64,000 bases of DNA from Raillietiella orientalis (lineage: Eukaryota): positions 62,001 through 126,000 of the forward strand of contig JAYWIR010000047.1 in the NCBI GenBank assembly GCA_036172245.1, written 5' to 3'. Made by a program: the position numbers and the translations under genes. This document shows positions 24,857-39,451 of the stretch, one piece after another. Numbering within the stretch: position 1 is the stretch's first letter; each line of letters starts with the position of its first letter. A model generated the notes under the pieces. The model saw only the letters and a list, made by a program, of their open reading frames with translations, was not told the origin of the DNA and ran no database searches.

Positions 24857-27800
24857 CGTACTGCACTAAGTAGAGTATCTGAAAATTAATTGTCACATAA
24901 TGGATATTGCCACTGGTGAACAACAGTACTTCCTAAATGTTACCTAACTCACCATTATAATTATATAATTGGATAAACAAGGCTTTCCATTCTACTACAG
25001 AAAAAAAGTGCGTAGTGTACCAACATGATTCAGAGAATCCCGTTTTTACTATTAAAAAGTTTAAAAATTGAATTGCTAAAGCTCAAAAGCAAGCATTTTT
25101 TAAATTAAAATATTTAATATGAAGGAAAAACAGAAATGCGGGTAAACGATTATTTACCTAATTATCGATTTTTATTTTTAAAATGTTCATCATAAAGCGA
25201 ATTGGAGTTGGTGGCAATCCCTCTGCAACACTTAGAAGCAAACATGCTATAACTCCCAAAAGGGTAAGTTACTGACAAATACATATTCACAAAGTCTCTC
25301 CTCAGAGGCTGAAAAACTCTCACATAAGCGGTCTCTGCCGATGGCAAGCATGACATGCTTGGATCTAATGCTGTTTCTTACAAGCTTTGAAAAGGTGAAT
25401 CGAGTGACAAAGCACATGGAATCGTAGAATGTAAACCTAATTTTTAGGAAATATTCACATAGCTCCAGGGAAGTACTCTTCATATGTTGCCTTATTTCTG
25501 GACTACCCTTCATACTGACCTGTGGGAAAAGTATTGTTTTTTTTCCCGTAATATTTGCTCCTGTTCGGTAATTCACGTTCTACTCGTGATGATTTACGTT
25601 CTGGACTGAATGCAATCTTCATGGAAACTGATGAAATTTAATTTTTGAGGAAATCCAATTCAAGAATCATGGTGAATTGAGGTAGAACATATGAATTTTT
25701 GGAGATATAATGCTTGCTAGGCCAGGGTTTATGCTGAAAACATGTGCGATTCTCCGTTTGTAACCATGAAGTATCTCAGTGTCACAGACATGACACATGA
25801 GACTGCCACGACGCTTGAATTCTCAAAATCTCTGCACAAAGGAACAGCAGGAAAGCACCACCTTTGTTAAGAAGTAGACTTCGTAGAATATCGAAGGCTT
25901 CTCATGGCGATTTTCCATTTCACAATGAACAAGAAATAGATGGTAACCAGCACTCAAACCTTGTCCAAGAAGCGCACCCAAAGAAATAAAAAATCAACTT
26001 TGCAATCCTTCAGCTCAGTACTGGTGTTAGGAATGTTCATTATTCTCAGATTGAAGTTCTTTCGGGTGGCTCGAAGGGCGGGAAACTTGTAAGACCTCAG
26101 AATGCAAACTGGAGATGGTTCACTACGGATGTTTTACAAACAGAATTTAGGAAAAATCCATCATTCCGGAGGAAGAAGAAAGAGTATCACAAACTGCAGC
26201 CAAAGCTGTACTGAAGATCGTTCACTAGATGAACCCTCAGAGCATGACACTTTCCAAATGAAGGTGACAATAAGTGTTCCATATGACCGTTTTGTAAACA
26301 TTCTGTTGGAACTGATCTCGCAAAATGATTGATTCTTTGAAAGAAATAAATTATTGCATTGGGGATTGCACTCTGTCGATACGATCTTCTAAAACAAGGA
26401 AAGACTGCAATAGCTCGTTTTCTGTCCCAGTGAGAGTGATGATATTCTCAGAGTTTATAATTTGGTTGCTGTGAATCTTCGAGAAGCAAGACATGTAAGC
26501 CTCAGATGATCTTGAAGATCAAAGTAAAGAAAACGTGAATTTGCAGCTTCATTCCAGTACATCAAGAACTTTACAAAGGGCAATCATCGAAGTCAGTAAG
26601 TAGGCACACAGAATAAGAATCCTTTTTGTTTCCGATGCTTTTATTACTGCACACTGAGCAGACCAAAAGTGCACACTGGATTTTGCACATTGATGGCATT
26701 CTTTTGGTAAATGATGATGATAGGAAACGTACAAGAAAATTTCCTCTACCTTTCCCCCTCATTTTAGGTATTAGCTTTAAACATCATTCTGTTGATAACA
26801 ACATGGGACTGCTTTAAGCAGCCAAATTTTAAGTCAGCATGTTATTTATGTATTTAAACGCTGATTAATAAACATATGATTTCAATAAACAGAAGCTCTA
26901 AAATTTAATCATAGCATGATAGTTTTGGACTGAAATTTCACGATGACTGATTGCAAGACTGAAGTATAACCGCTTTTGACGTAGTATCCAGGATTTCAGA
27001 AGAAAATTTTTCAAACATTCTCATCATTTAGAGCTATTAAGAGCATAAGAATTAGACACTAAACGTGTTTGAAGAAAATATCTGAATTGCTACTCTAAAA
27101 AGCCAATAATCCAATAGCAAGCAAGCATGACGAAAAGCTTTATAGTACTTTCCACTGCATATGCAAATGGAGAATAATTCCTCTTTTGAGCATGCCTGCT
27201 GAGTCTAAAGGGGTTTTTAAATGTATATTGTAATTTTCCGTACTTCAAGTCAAAAGTTTCCACTCTGCGCTTCACGAACTCCGTGCACGCGTCGTTTTCT
27301 CAATCGCCTTGGCGCCTGAGGAAAATCAAAGAATATTGCTTACATGCTGGGTGAGAACGAAACGAAATTTTTATCCCAAGTTCGTGTGCACATGATTTAC
27401 ACATAAATTACAATTACTCGATGCCTCAATTCTCTGAAGCTATAAAAATCGTCCTAGAAAAGACACACCGAAAAAAAGTGGAAACGGAAGTGATTGAGCA
27501 CTATTAGACCCCCTCAAGGTCTCTGCAACTCTTGAAGGCAGGGGGTAAAAAATGCTTCCCAAAGGATGAGATGTTCCAAAGATCCAGAAATTCTCATCGC
27601 AAGTCGTGAGAACGGCAAAAAATGGCGAACTCTCTCACCGACAGTTTTTGCAGGATACCCTTCCACGCGGAATACTGATGAATTCCAATTCTACTGAATT
27701 AACATTTTAATAATTTGAAAATCCATTCCTTTCAATTTTTCTCGCTTTATTTGATAAGCTCCCCGAGCACAGTGTGGTTTCTTGCTCCAGTTTCTTCTGT

Positions 27801-28609
27801 GAATCAAATCTGCTACCCGGTTATTCACGTTTGATATCGGGCTGGCAGCACGAAAGCCAAGGCGCTGGCTGTAGGGTGGCGGTTTACCGCTGAGCCCACT
27901 GCAACAGGGGATGCATTTGCATTTCACGAAGCACATTTGATTTCCATTACTTCACGAAATCTTGTCGCACGGCGAGACCGATTCCCATATTTCGCGCGTC
28001 CTCCAACTCTTCCACATGAAAGGTATGCTTGCCGACCACCATGCAACTCCTTTGCTTTTCTTTTCGTTAAACAGTTCATTCATGGTCACTGTGAAAGATG
28101 TAGCGGTCACCCTGGCTGATTAGCCATCAATGTGTCCTTCCGATGTGCAATAAATACACTACCAAGTTACTCCAAAGTATCACCCAATAAGTGATGACGG
28201 GAAAAATTTGATCTAATTTTTAATTAGAATACGAACATACGAACTAGATGGCTGTCAGGTCACTGATTGATACCTGTCAATCTCTACAACTGCTGTATTT
28301 CATAAGCCTCATAACTGAAATGGCACATGATAAATGATTTTGTCCATGTTTCAAATGAATTTGACGCAAAAAGAGCTGCAAATGAATTGCACCCTAACTA
28401 TGGCTCTTTTGCTGGCCCTTCAAAAGCACACTTGTGAACACAATGAGCACCATGGAATGACTTTGCAAGATTAGACTAATTGGCATCACTGCACATGTAC
28501 ACATTGACTTTGATCTTCCACAAAGCAAATATACTGTTGTGATCACCATACCCTTTGGTACCAACAAATCATTTGGGAATTTTAGTGGGCAGCACTCAAC
28601 TGGGCACGA

Positions 28610-28750
28610 CAAATTCTCTTATGCCACAATAAAGCAAAACCTCATGCTTTAGCAAAGTAGAACAAATCAAGATCATGCCATATCCATCTTACAAGCCAGA
28701 TCTAGCACCTTGGGTTCAGACCGTTTTCTGAGTTAAATAAACAATTAAGA
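28610..28750 (+). mobile_element. Mariner transposase fossil (catalytic C-terminal fragment)
   Basis: ILLCHNKAKPHA (28613 on) matches mariner 'ILLHDNARPH'. IMPYPSYKPDLAP (28672 on) matches 'HPPYSPDLAP'. A stop and frameshift separate them. Confidence 0.7.
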
Positions 28751-30005
28751 TAAATTTGATTCTGACATAAAGTAGGTGAAATTCCATCCTACAAAGTCCA
28801 CATCATGTGTTTCATTGGCTTATAAAAGTCCAGTACAAATACACTACATTTCGTTTTTCAGATCAGGATATCAATAAATTCAGAAAACAAGTCAGACTGG
28901 ACAAATAAACAATTTGGCCACAAAATAAAGTTTTATTTTTGATTAATATATGGAGGATAAATGCTTTCAATTTAAGCTAAATGAAAATGCATGGATCCTG
29001 GTCTTACATTTTCAAATTATTTTTTGATAGAGGAAACACCTACAGAACATAGCTTATTCATACATGTGCTTCCGATACTTCAGGCTGAACTTTCCACAAA
29101 GAAGCACCAATTTCCCTACCTCAAAACTTCTGAATGCTGCTCGGTTCGCTATGAATTCTGCTTGTTTCCAATGCAAGTGCAAAAGTGGGCAGCAACGTTT
29201 TACTGACTCAATTTCGTTATGGTCTGAAGCATGGCGGATCTCTGACGATCACAATCTCTGAAAAGATTAACATCCTGTTTTGAGCAACAAGCATGCTACT
29301 CTATAAAAGCTTATTCATGAAAGCAGAACAGAAAACAACATTCAAAATAAAATTCAATTAAAGCATTTTGCAATAAACATGAAAATCACAAGCCATTTGT
29401 GCACCATCCTTTTCTATTGCAAATGCATCAAGTTATGTTCCCACTAATGGAAAAACTGCAACTGTTAAAAAAAAAAATTTCCCTCACAATAATAGCCCTT
29501 AATGTTGCAGGTGCATACACATGTCGAAAATGTTGACCTTTCTCCAAGGTTCAACAATACCGACTCATTAGCACTAACTAGGAACTTTCAATGGAAATAT
29601 CTGAAGATGATTAACTCAACTTTGAATAAAAAAGGTGCAAGAAAATCAAATCTTCTCCGTGAGCAACACACACTCGTGCATTTTTAATGCAATTTCCAAA
29701 CAAAATTCCTTAATTTTTCTGTAAGAACAAATAACAAGGCACTTAAGAAATGCTGCATGATTTTCATTTATAGATCAAATGTTTATGTTGGGTACGTCTC
29801 TAGTAAGGCATAAAGAAGAGGTAAAAAAATTTGCATATTACTTAGAAAAACATCACATAAAAAAAAATAATAATAATTTTTTTTTCCGTTTTAGACATCA
29901 CATTCCACATGAAACACCATGTTTTGACAAAATTTCATTTCAATGCTTTGTCGCCTAAAATACTCTAGAACAGTGTAGTTGGATGCTGAGTCTAAACCCG
30001 AGTCA

Positions 30006-33000
30006 TTATAATGCAGTTACATTCTCATCCACGAAATTGATTTGATTTTTTCTGGCAAAATCAAGTGCTAACAGACATTAAAGTGGCTCATGGATTTTTG
30101 CTTTCAAGTCTCCAGAATAATAATATGGGATTGTATTTGGAGAGGCAGACCTACTTCCACACAGGGCTCTTATTTGCAAACAAATGGTCGTAGTGAATGT
30201 TTCAAAAATGCATTTCATAATTTATGGGAAACAAAGAGTTGGAGTACTAAGTGCAGTGATGCAAAGATCAACTCATTTTGTGGATGTCCCCATAATGGAA
30301 ACTAATGAACTTGAAAGGCACCATCAGTTTGTCATAAAGTCATGGTTGTTAATTTCTGTAGTTTCATTTACAAAACTATACGAATAAGTGCCGAAATCAA
30401 CTGGAAACATGGTATATATTGCAGAGCCTTAAAGGGCTCACTTTGAGAATTTAACTAACTTTTGATAATGAGCTGTAAATCAGAGTTAACAAGCTAAAAA
30501 CCCTAAATTTTCGTGGACTCGAATACTTCTAAGTAAACAAAATTCAGCAATCCGTTATTTACAGATTTAGTAGAAATTATTCCCACAATTATCTCCGTCC
30601 AATAAATACATGGAGGCACAATATACAATCAATGTAACAGCTTTATGCTTTCGAGTCACCTTATTTCCTGAATCTGCTTTTCTTTAATAAGAAGAGCATC
30701 TTTTAACTTGGCAATCTCTCCTTTGAAAATGGCTTGTTCATCATGTCTCACTCTTTCAGAATGTGAAATTTGACTTTTTAATGATTCTACGCTGGTTTTC
30801 AATGTATCATTAATTTTCATTACATCATGGTAGACTTTCAATTTCTCACTATAATCCTGGCTCATTTTGATGGTTGCTTCTGCTATCTCTGTATCCTTAG
30901 CATCCAGCAACTAAGACCACAATGTAACTGGTTAACAAATTGCTTTAGAATGAATTGTTAAACAAAAAAAAAAAAATCACTTCGTGACAGTACATTTTGA
31001 ATGTCTCATATTTCATTTCCTGCATTCTACAGTGCGAGTTATGAGTATCAAAAGGTAAAATTCTACTTCAAGCAACATTTTGTGAAGTCACTTTGTTATG
31101 TTCTTTGAGTCTGTGCAATAATTTGAATTCTTACATCGTGTAAGAGTCAGAAACTTTCTCACCAACTGCAACTGGGAAACCTTCTCCTTTAACTGCTGTT
31201 CTCTAGTAATAGCTGCCAAATTTGCTTGCTTCAACAGTTGCAAATCTCCTTGTGCCTGATGGAGGTGATTTTCTAAATCATCTCTCTCAAAGCGCAGCTT
31301 TTGAATTTCATTTTGAAATTCCTTAGAAAACTTTAACTATAAAAAATAAAGTATCTGTTGGTGAATACAGGTTTTTTACTTGCAATTCCTTGAACAACAC
31401 CATGCTTTTTAGTTTTTCTTGTTCGTTATCATTCATTAATCTTTGTTTCTCATCACACAATTCAAAAACTTGGGATTTTTGAGAAGCCAGGGCAATTTCC
31501 ATTTCTTTCAACTTCTTCCTAAATGCGCTGCCAGGTTATTCGAAGAAAAAACATTACAAAACATTACGTTAAGTCAATAATCACAGTGTGTGATTCGTTC
31601 CGGATGGAAGTAAATTCCAAGTTGTGCTGTTTGTTTTGTTGCTCAATGAAATCTTCAAAATTCTGCTTTTGTCTTTCCAGCTTATCTACAAAAAAACTAA
31701 GTCTTAAAATAAAGCAACACAAAAAAGGAAATTCTGATCCTCTAAGCAAACTGCATTGCGTTCATGCCTTGAGGTTTTGAGTCACTGATGAAAGAAAAGC
31801 ACCTTTGCATTGCTGTTCCAAAGAAGCCATCTCTTCAACCTGAGTTGAAATCTTTTTTTCCAACTCTTGTATCTGATCTTGCAAATCATTACATTCAGCA
31901 TTTTTTCGTTCCAACAGTTTTGAGACATATGCATTGAGATGCACCTGTGTTTGACATTTCTCTTGCCAAGCTTGGCTATTCTTCATGAATTTCTAAAACA
32001 CAAAAAATACAGTACATCAATTATCCAGACAACCAACAGTGCATAGCACTGTTCAATGCTAAATCAAGAATGTTTAAGATACTATTGGTTTCCAAACTTT
32101 GTAACAAGTTGGTATCGATAGTACTATGACCACATTGATATTAACAGTCATGGAATTTTTGAGAAAAGAAACGAAAAAGCTTTTGATAAACTTTAGATGA
32201 TAGGAGAGATGCAGAATACAGAATTTTTAATTTTGTTTGAAAGCACACAAAATCAAAACATATTAACACAACAGAATTCGAACAACTCTTAGGAAACAAC
32301 TACTACTCCTTGGAATGAAACAAAAATTCCAACAGACACACGAAAGAAGTAATTGTAAAACACATGGGCATCCATGCCAATATCTGGATGCAGAATACAT
32401 CAAATAGTGCACAAAACAAATGAAATAATATGTTACATAAATAACATTCATGCAGATTATATTACAAAAAACATGACATCTCAATGAATGCTGCAAAAAG
32501 AAAATAAGTAATGTGTTTCAAACAACCGTCAACACGACTGCAACACAAAGACTACACTTCTGGATGCTGCTTGCATCCAAGTTCAAAGGATCGCCTATTT
32601 ATTGAGACCAACTCATGAAATTTGGCTACATATGAGAATTTATTTTATGTGACTTTAAAATGGAAAAGATGCTCGAAACTTCAAACTTTCCCTCTTTGCC
32701 TTCGGTAGCACTGGGTACAAAAATTAATCCGAAGTTCAAAAATTCAAGAAAATTACCTTGCCAAGACCCTGATTAATATGAAACCCAGGCACTGTCTTTC
32801 TTTATTCCTATGCTTTGCATTGGCACGAAATCATTGCAGTACTTTTCTTAGAGTTAAGGATACTTCAGCAGTAATGCTGAGAAATCAGAAGCAGGATTTC
32901 AAACACCAGAGTGACTCATTATGGACCTTTTGATTCTTTAAGCAAATGTGAATGTCACTGATCGCAAATCTTATCCACATACAAAACCATGTCTATAGCA

Positions 33001-36000
33001 CAGACAAAATCAAACCTGTATATATGTAGATACTCATTAAGTAAAAGAAGGATGGAACTTATTAAACAATGATTCAAGATAAAAGTTGTTTGTAATTAAT
33101 GAATTACTTTAGAACAAATGTCCCAAAATAATTCAGGAACAAATCATTACATGATTAACTATTTATGTCTACTGAGTGCTAGTTCATCATCATGTATAGG
33201 GGAACATATGGTTTCTTGCATGTTGATCACTGCAAGAGAGCAAATCAACAGCAACAACGAAATGCACATCTCATTCTACAAAGAGTATCACTGTATTGAG
33301 AAATATTCACTGTAATTGTAAATTAATAACTCAAATTTATAATTAAGCAAGCTATTTAAAGTTTTGTGATAGAAAGAGATTTAATACTCGCTAAATTGTA
33401 CTACTAATGAAGAAACCAAATTAGAATTATTAAATGGTTGGTTCTGTAAAGGTTCAACTTAAGAAATCTTTGAATATCATTTCAAGAAAGAAATTCATAA
33501 GGAACAGTTTAGCAATCTCTGACAGGGAAGTTAAAAAACTATACTTGGTGATACATCCGAGTCTTTCAAGCACTTCCCGTCAATCCTTTAATCCGTACAA
33601 TTCATTACAGATCTATTCTTTAAACATAATTTAACCTTGATAATGTCTGACTTCAAAAATTCGTGAATTCTCCTTTCCTTGAAATAATGCTCCTGGAGCA
33701 ACTGATGCTTCTGTTCAAGATTCTTGCTTTTTTCTTGAAGAGAAGTTAGACACGATTCTAAGTTTTCTATTTTTTTAATACAGGTCAGTATGTTTTCTTC
33801 CTTATTTTGGAGTTGGTTTTGCAAGCCAGATATAATACGCTGTGAATTCCTAGAAATTATTTTCACAAAATAGAAACAGAATGCAATAATTTGTCTTTTT
33901 AGTTACTTGTAATCAATAACTTACAATTAAGTTAAACTACTAACAATTACTTTTGTACTCTTATACTACTTAAACACCTACACCATAAAATCATTTTTTT
34001 TCTTTTTCTATCCATATTTAGTAGACTATGGGGTATCCATAAAAAACATTGCTCATAAAATGCTTTAGTTCTTTGAGAAAAGTTCTTACACCTCCGGACC
34101 TGTTACAATAAATTAAATAAAAATGATAAAATCAAACTAAAAATCAAAGGTATTAAAATTTACTTAATAATATGTTCAAAAAGCATGTTAGGAAAAATAT
34201 CATTTTTGATTATTTCCCTTGCATTAATTTGCTAAGAAAAGATTCCACAAGTGTTTGCTGCTACTGTTTCATCTTGAAATGATATTTTGCAATTTGACTA
34301 GAATAAGCAAATAAATTTCGAGTATTTACTCTCAGAAATTTGAAGGAAAATTTCAACGTAAAACAATCAACTATGCTCAAGTAACGAATCAGAATGCTTA
34401 CTTGCATTCTTTAGTTATAACCTGATCATGATAAGCTTGATTTGCTTTTTAGATATGCCACTTTATGTGCAAAATTATAGCAAGCCCACTCTTATTACAG
34501 ACATGTATGATCATTAATCCATTACACATTTCCAGTTCATTTCAGCTTTTACGACAAATAAAAAAAAAATCATTCAATGAAAATTAATTCATCCTGCAAG
34601 AAGCTACCTTGAAACTACAAGTACATACTGATTCTCAATTATACAATATGGAGTTTGTAATCATAAATATTTCAATATCATAGCACTGTGGAAACATATC
34701 TTTAAGGGAGAGATGTAACTGATGTCTGCAAATAATAATGAAATGGGAACTTTTAAGTCAAAGTCGCTTTTGCTCAAATTTTGGAGTTTTTCCTACTTTT
34801 GCTTAAAACCATTAGATACTGCTGTTCAGCAAATAATCTGACAAATTAAATAACTTCTAGTACCTTAATCACACAAAATATTTATCATCTTTTATGTGCT
34901 CGCGCTGTATGAAATACAGGGTCTTATATGCTCTAATACAATGAACAAGAAAAGGGTTCTAACATTTTACACTTTGCTAGGCAGTTCTCCAAATTGAAAA
35001 TTTGATTTTCTAAATAGTCTTCTCTATGCAACTTTTCCGATTTCATGAGCTCAAGCTGGGCACACAAAACATTTTTCTCTTCATCTAACTTTTCCTGCAA
35101 ATTTCTATTTTCTTTATTCCTTTTGATTAAATCATCTAAAATCAAATACTTTAAAAATGCTTCATCAGCAGGCACTTACTTATTGAATGCAGCAGATCAG
35201 AAGGAATATTATTTCCAGATACATCAAGATAAACACATGAAATGTTTTTTCTTAAACTGTCTAAAAGAATGCGTGCCCCAATCATGCCTATAAAATTACT
35301 GCTCAATTCTACAAAAAACAATACATTTAAAAAGTTCCTGCAAAATTTTAACAACTTTTCAAATCTATATATTTATTAAGTAGGAGAATAATATCTGAAC
35401 ATGAAGCACTGTTATTCTGAATTACTGTTCATGCTTACAAAACTTTACATTTTTTCTGATTCATCTGATTTCATATCTAAAGAATTACTGATTCACTTAT
35501 CAGGCATAATTCTACTTCAAAATCATTATGTAACAGGAAAACTTACATAAAATTAGTTTTTACTGGAGATAAAAAATAATTCTTAAAATTAGAAATTACC
35601 ATAATTTTAGTGGATTATGGTGAATTCATTTATTCACATTCACATTTATTCACGACTTCATTCATTTTCACTTAGTGGATTTTATTTCTTTTCCACATTG
35701 GCAAAATTTATTACAAGGATTTTATTACCTGGTTATGCCCTGATGATTTACTTTAAATTTCATCCTTAATTCTGATTTAACAGAAACCGGAAAAAAAAAA
35801 TAAATAAATCCAACGGAATTTTATGAAGGTACATTTTCATTCAAAAGCCTTACTATTGAAAATTGTCTTGGATGTTCAAGTGTTCTAAAACTTGAATATA
35901 AAATGAGATTATAAATGCTAGAAATATAATTTATGAAAATTATACAGTTATTCCTAAGTCTATTTAATTTTCAGATTCAAATTCAATTTTTAGCACGGGG

Positions 36001-36906
36001 TTTCATAATTTCAGGAATTAGCATTTTGAGAAAATAATGAAAGCTTACCCAGATGCTCCAATACATCATTCATTTTCAACAAGAAAGCTAATGGTCTGCA
36101 ACAGTCAGCATTAATGAAGTTATAAGACAAATTTAATCTTGTCAAATTTGTGTTTGCAATCAAAGATTCACAGAACTGACTGAATGTTTCTGCATCAATT
36201 CCAATTTGATTCCATTCAACATTAAGTCTAGAAAAGAGCTTCTCCTATTAGAAAAACTTCAGATTCCTAGAATTTAACTACCAAAATAGCTTACTCTTTA
36301 ATGCTTTTATTACATTTCATCATCACACTCAGACCTTTAACAGTCTGGGCTCCCAATTTATTGCCATTCATTACAAGCACCTTTAAACTTGTTGAATATT
36401 TCAAGAACTCAAAAAATGATGAATAAGAGTCTTCAGGAATGTTGGCATTACTTAGAATGAGTGAATGGAGATGAACATTTTTTAATAAATTGAAGAAGAT
36501 AATGGAGCTTTTTTTGGTCAACACCAGTGCATTAAATTGAAAAATTCCAGCTGGATTTTCCGCTTCCCTGAAACAATAAGAGGTACAGATTTTTGGGCAT
36601 CTACACAAAAGTTCAGGAATTTTTGTGACCTTCCACAGTTATATATATGGATATATTTTTTACCCTACCCTGCATTCATCAAGCAATACATAGTTACCCA
36701 GTAGATGAGGCATGTCAAACTTCAGGAATGTTAGCATGCAGAATGTGACATAATTTTCAATAGCTATTTATAGGCTTTTTTGCTTGAAAATTCGAAGTAC
36801 CATTTCTTTCAGGTGTAATTAATTACCTTATTTTGTGCAGTAAATCCTTTGAAATGCTACACTGTTTTTCTGATGTTTCTTTTTGCGATGCATTATCGTG
36901 TTTCAT
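30006..36906 (-). CDS. LRRC45: Leucine-rich repeat-containing protein 45-like (RI-like LRRs plus long coiled coil; centrosomal)
   Basis: Phase-consistent exons 36906-36827, 36567-36295 (LKVLVMNGNKLGAQ..NKSIKE), 36227-36049 (LNVEWNQIG..FSQFC..LIANTNL), 35308-35180 (NFIGMIGARILL..LDVSGNNIPSDLL). Coiled-coil exons follow at ~35135-34973, 33849-33636, 31992-31803, ~31686-31568, ~31527-31380, ~31321-31163 and 30910-30660 (LKDALLIKEKQIQEIR). These match recalled LRRC45 motifs (LEWN.LG, LDLAGNNIP.D, LREKLRLREAEIARIR). The terminal exon ending at 30006 is tentative. Confidence 0.82.
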
Positions 36907-36936
36907 GATCGTGTCATTTTAATAGGCTTGCAACAA

Positions 36937-36995
36937 TTACTCATTAGATTACTCAAATTACTCAATCACTCATTACTCAAATTTACTCATTAGAT
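36937..36995. repeat. Degenerate tandem TTACTCA repeat just 5' of the LRRC45-like start
   Basis: Five TTACTCA copies plus one TCACTCA within about 60 nt. Confidence 0.8.
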
Positions 36996-39451
36996 TTCTG
37001 AAATAAGTTGAGCATTTCCTTTTTCGCATCACAGGCAGTGTTCGTAGTGACAACAGGAGGGTCCACTCACCACAGCCACCACAAGTGGTTGAGGACCAAA
37101 TTAATGAATCGGCCCCACAACATAACATTCAAAATGCGGCCGTCATTGAGTAACTTCAAAAAGTACTTTGGATACTCTGGAGACAAGTCATTTCGGTGAA
37201 AGTAATTCAAGACAGAAGACGAAAACACTTTCTTCTGCTCCATCGTTTCATTTACTCATTTCACATACAAAGATATGTGAAAGCCGCAGTAGAAAAATAA
37301 AGTGAAAGACTAAATTGAGAAAAATGAAAACGCTTGAATGACAGGACTCATATTATAGATTGGATTGCTGCTTTTGAATTAGTGCTTGCATCTAATTTGT
37401 TTATTGATTTCCTTGAGAAATGTTCGTTTGGGAACCTGTGATTATTCTTGGGAAGATTTCCTCGAACCCTCCGGCGCTTAGTGCCGCTCGCAGAGGACGT
37501 CTTCCGCAGCATTACCGCATTAAATACTTTCGCGACACCACAACTCGAGCAACATGCACTCTTTATGACATCCCTACTCTCCCAACCTGGCCTCCCCTTA
37601 TCATATGTCCAATTTATGGAAGGAGCAGTCCTGGAACCACTGTCAGAACGACTCAAAAAGTCGTTGCAGAAGATTCCTAAGTCTGCTGTCACGACTTTAT
37701 GAGTATAGGAAGGTGAGAATGCAGCAGGAATGCTGAATGTTGGCCTTCCTTAAGATTCTATATCGAAGTTCTTCAAAGCGTGCTCCCGGTGTCCATCCTT
37801 CTGATTCTCAGGGAGTCATCTGTTTCTCAGACCTTCCAATGCGCGCATAACATTTTACGGTTTGTTATTCATCCTTTGAAAGAGTTCTCCTGAGGGTTTC
37901 TTTCAGGTAGAAACGGAAAATTTCCCTTGTTCTCTCAGAGCTTCAGAGTTTCTGATCTCCAGGAAATCACAAGAAGCATCTTGTTCCTGCTTTCGTCTCT
38001 CGGATGCCAGGTCGCTTCTTAAAAGGTGGGCACCATGCCGCGAACGTGGTACTACCCACATCTTCCATCCGGTGCTCCTTCCAGATAACAGCATGCATCC
38101 CTCTACGAAGAGTGAACTTCCCTCTTACACGTCGAAGCTTCGTCCGTGGTCCGCTGCAGTGGCTGAAGGATCGAAAACGTTGCGCCGAGAAGGTAGCATG
38201 TGCCCTCACGGAAATGTTCTGCGTCAGACGACTCCCACTTTGTCTCAAGAACCTGAATTCACCTGTCCGAGATGCGAAACTCAGGCTTGTGAAAATTCGA
38301 ATCTCTTCGAGCCCTGCGGTGCTGGCCAGCTGTCTTCTGGAAAGGTTAGCAAAGTGGTTCCCGTGAGCTTCTCCTGCGCTTCTGCTCCTCTTCTTACTGA
38401 CGGCACTTCCGTATTTCCTTCCGGGAAGCTTCAGAAATGCAGAGCCATCCTCTCTCTCGTACACTGTTTTCTCAAGGTCTCTTCCAGAAGAAGCGGCTGC
38501 ACTCTTGGCAGAAATTCCTTCGGGCCGTTCCCTACTTCGCGGGACGATGAAATTTTTTTTCCCTCACCTGCTTGCCATCCGGGAAGCCCTCTCCGTTCTG
38601 CTGGACATCGGTGCAAGTCTGGGAGGAACAATAAAAACATTATCACAAGTGTCGGAATATTATTAAAATTATAAAAAAATAAAAATACATTTATGTAGTC
38701 AAACACAGGGTTCTACCACGTGCTGAGAAAGGGGCACGTTCAACGTGCCAATTACCTGTACGCAGGCCGGCTAGGTCCACTTACGCAGCAAGGGGGAAGG
38801 CAGGAATGAAAGCAAAAATAAACAAACGAAGAAAGGACAAGAAAGTTTTCCTTTTGAGAAGGAAATGGGGAAGGAGGGGATTGAAAAAAAGGCATCACTG
38901 TTCGCTGCGAGGCGCCCTTTGCATCCTGTTCATGATGCTGGCAAGTCTGTTCCGGAAGCTGCCCAGGTGGGGTCTTCTCGTGGTGGTCCTCAAAAAGATT
39001 GTCGTTCAGTAGATGGCATCCCTTCCATTCAGGCCTCTTTCTACGTTCCAGGCCGCTACCTTCCCCCGAAGACAGCAGGGGACTGAGAGAGATGCGGCTG
39101 CGGCGCGGAGAACCAGCACTCTTGCCCTTGTGATGCAGAAGTTCTACCGGCTTGGAATTGCGTGCTGCGAGTGTGCTGGTCTTGGCGTCCCCTGTTCCGT
39201 GGGCCACCCGGAGTGCAGGCGTAAGGGAAAACAGAGTGCCAGATATTCTATGTCGCCACCACGTCTATCTTCTGGTTCCAAAGGAAAGGGACCCTCACCC
39301 GGCGGTTATGCACGAGAATCCCCTCCTTTCCCCTGAAACAATCTGAACGCAAGATAAGACTGAGATGTCAGCAATCTCTTCATCATCTACCATTCTTGGT
39401 TCCATTGTTGTTCGCGACTGTCGTCGCGTTTTGGGGGTGAGTGCACGGGTA

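Noticed and set aside
23290..27700. Stop-codon reassignment or alternative genetic code to explain interrupted frames
   Set aside because: All confidently assembled genes translate without internal stops in the standard code and end in TAG, TGA or TAA.
37348..39350. ORFs of 80-200 aa between the LRRC45-like gene and the lectin locus
   Set aside because: No recognisable domain or consistent splice chain.
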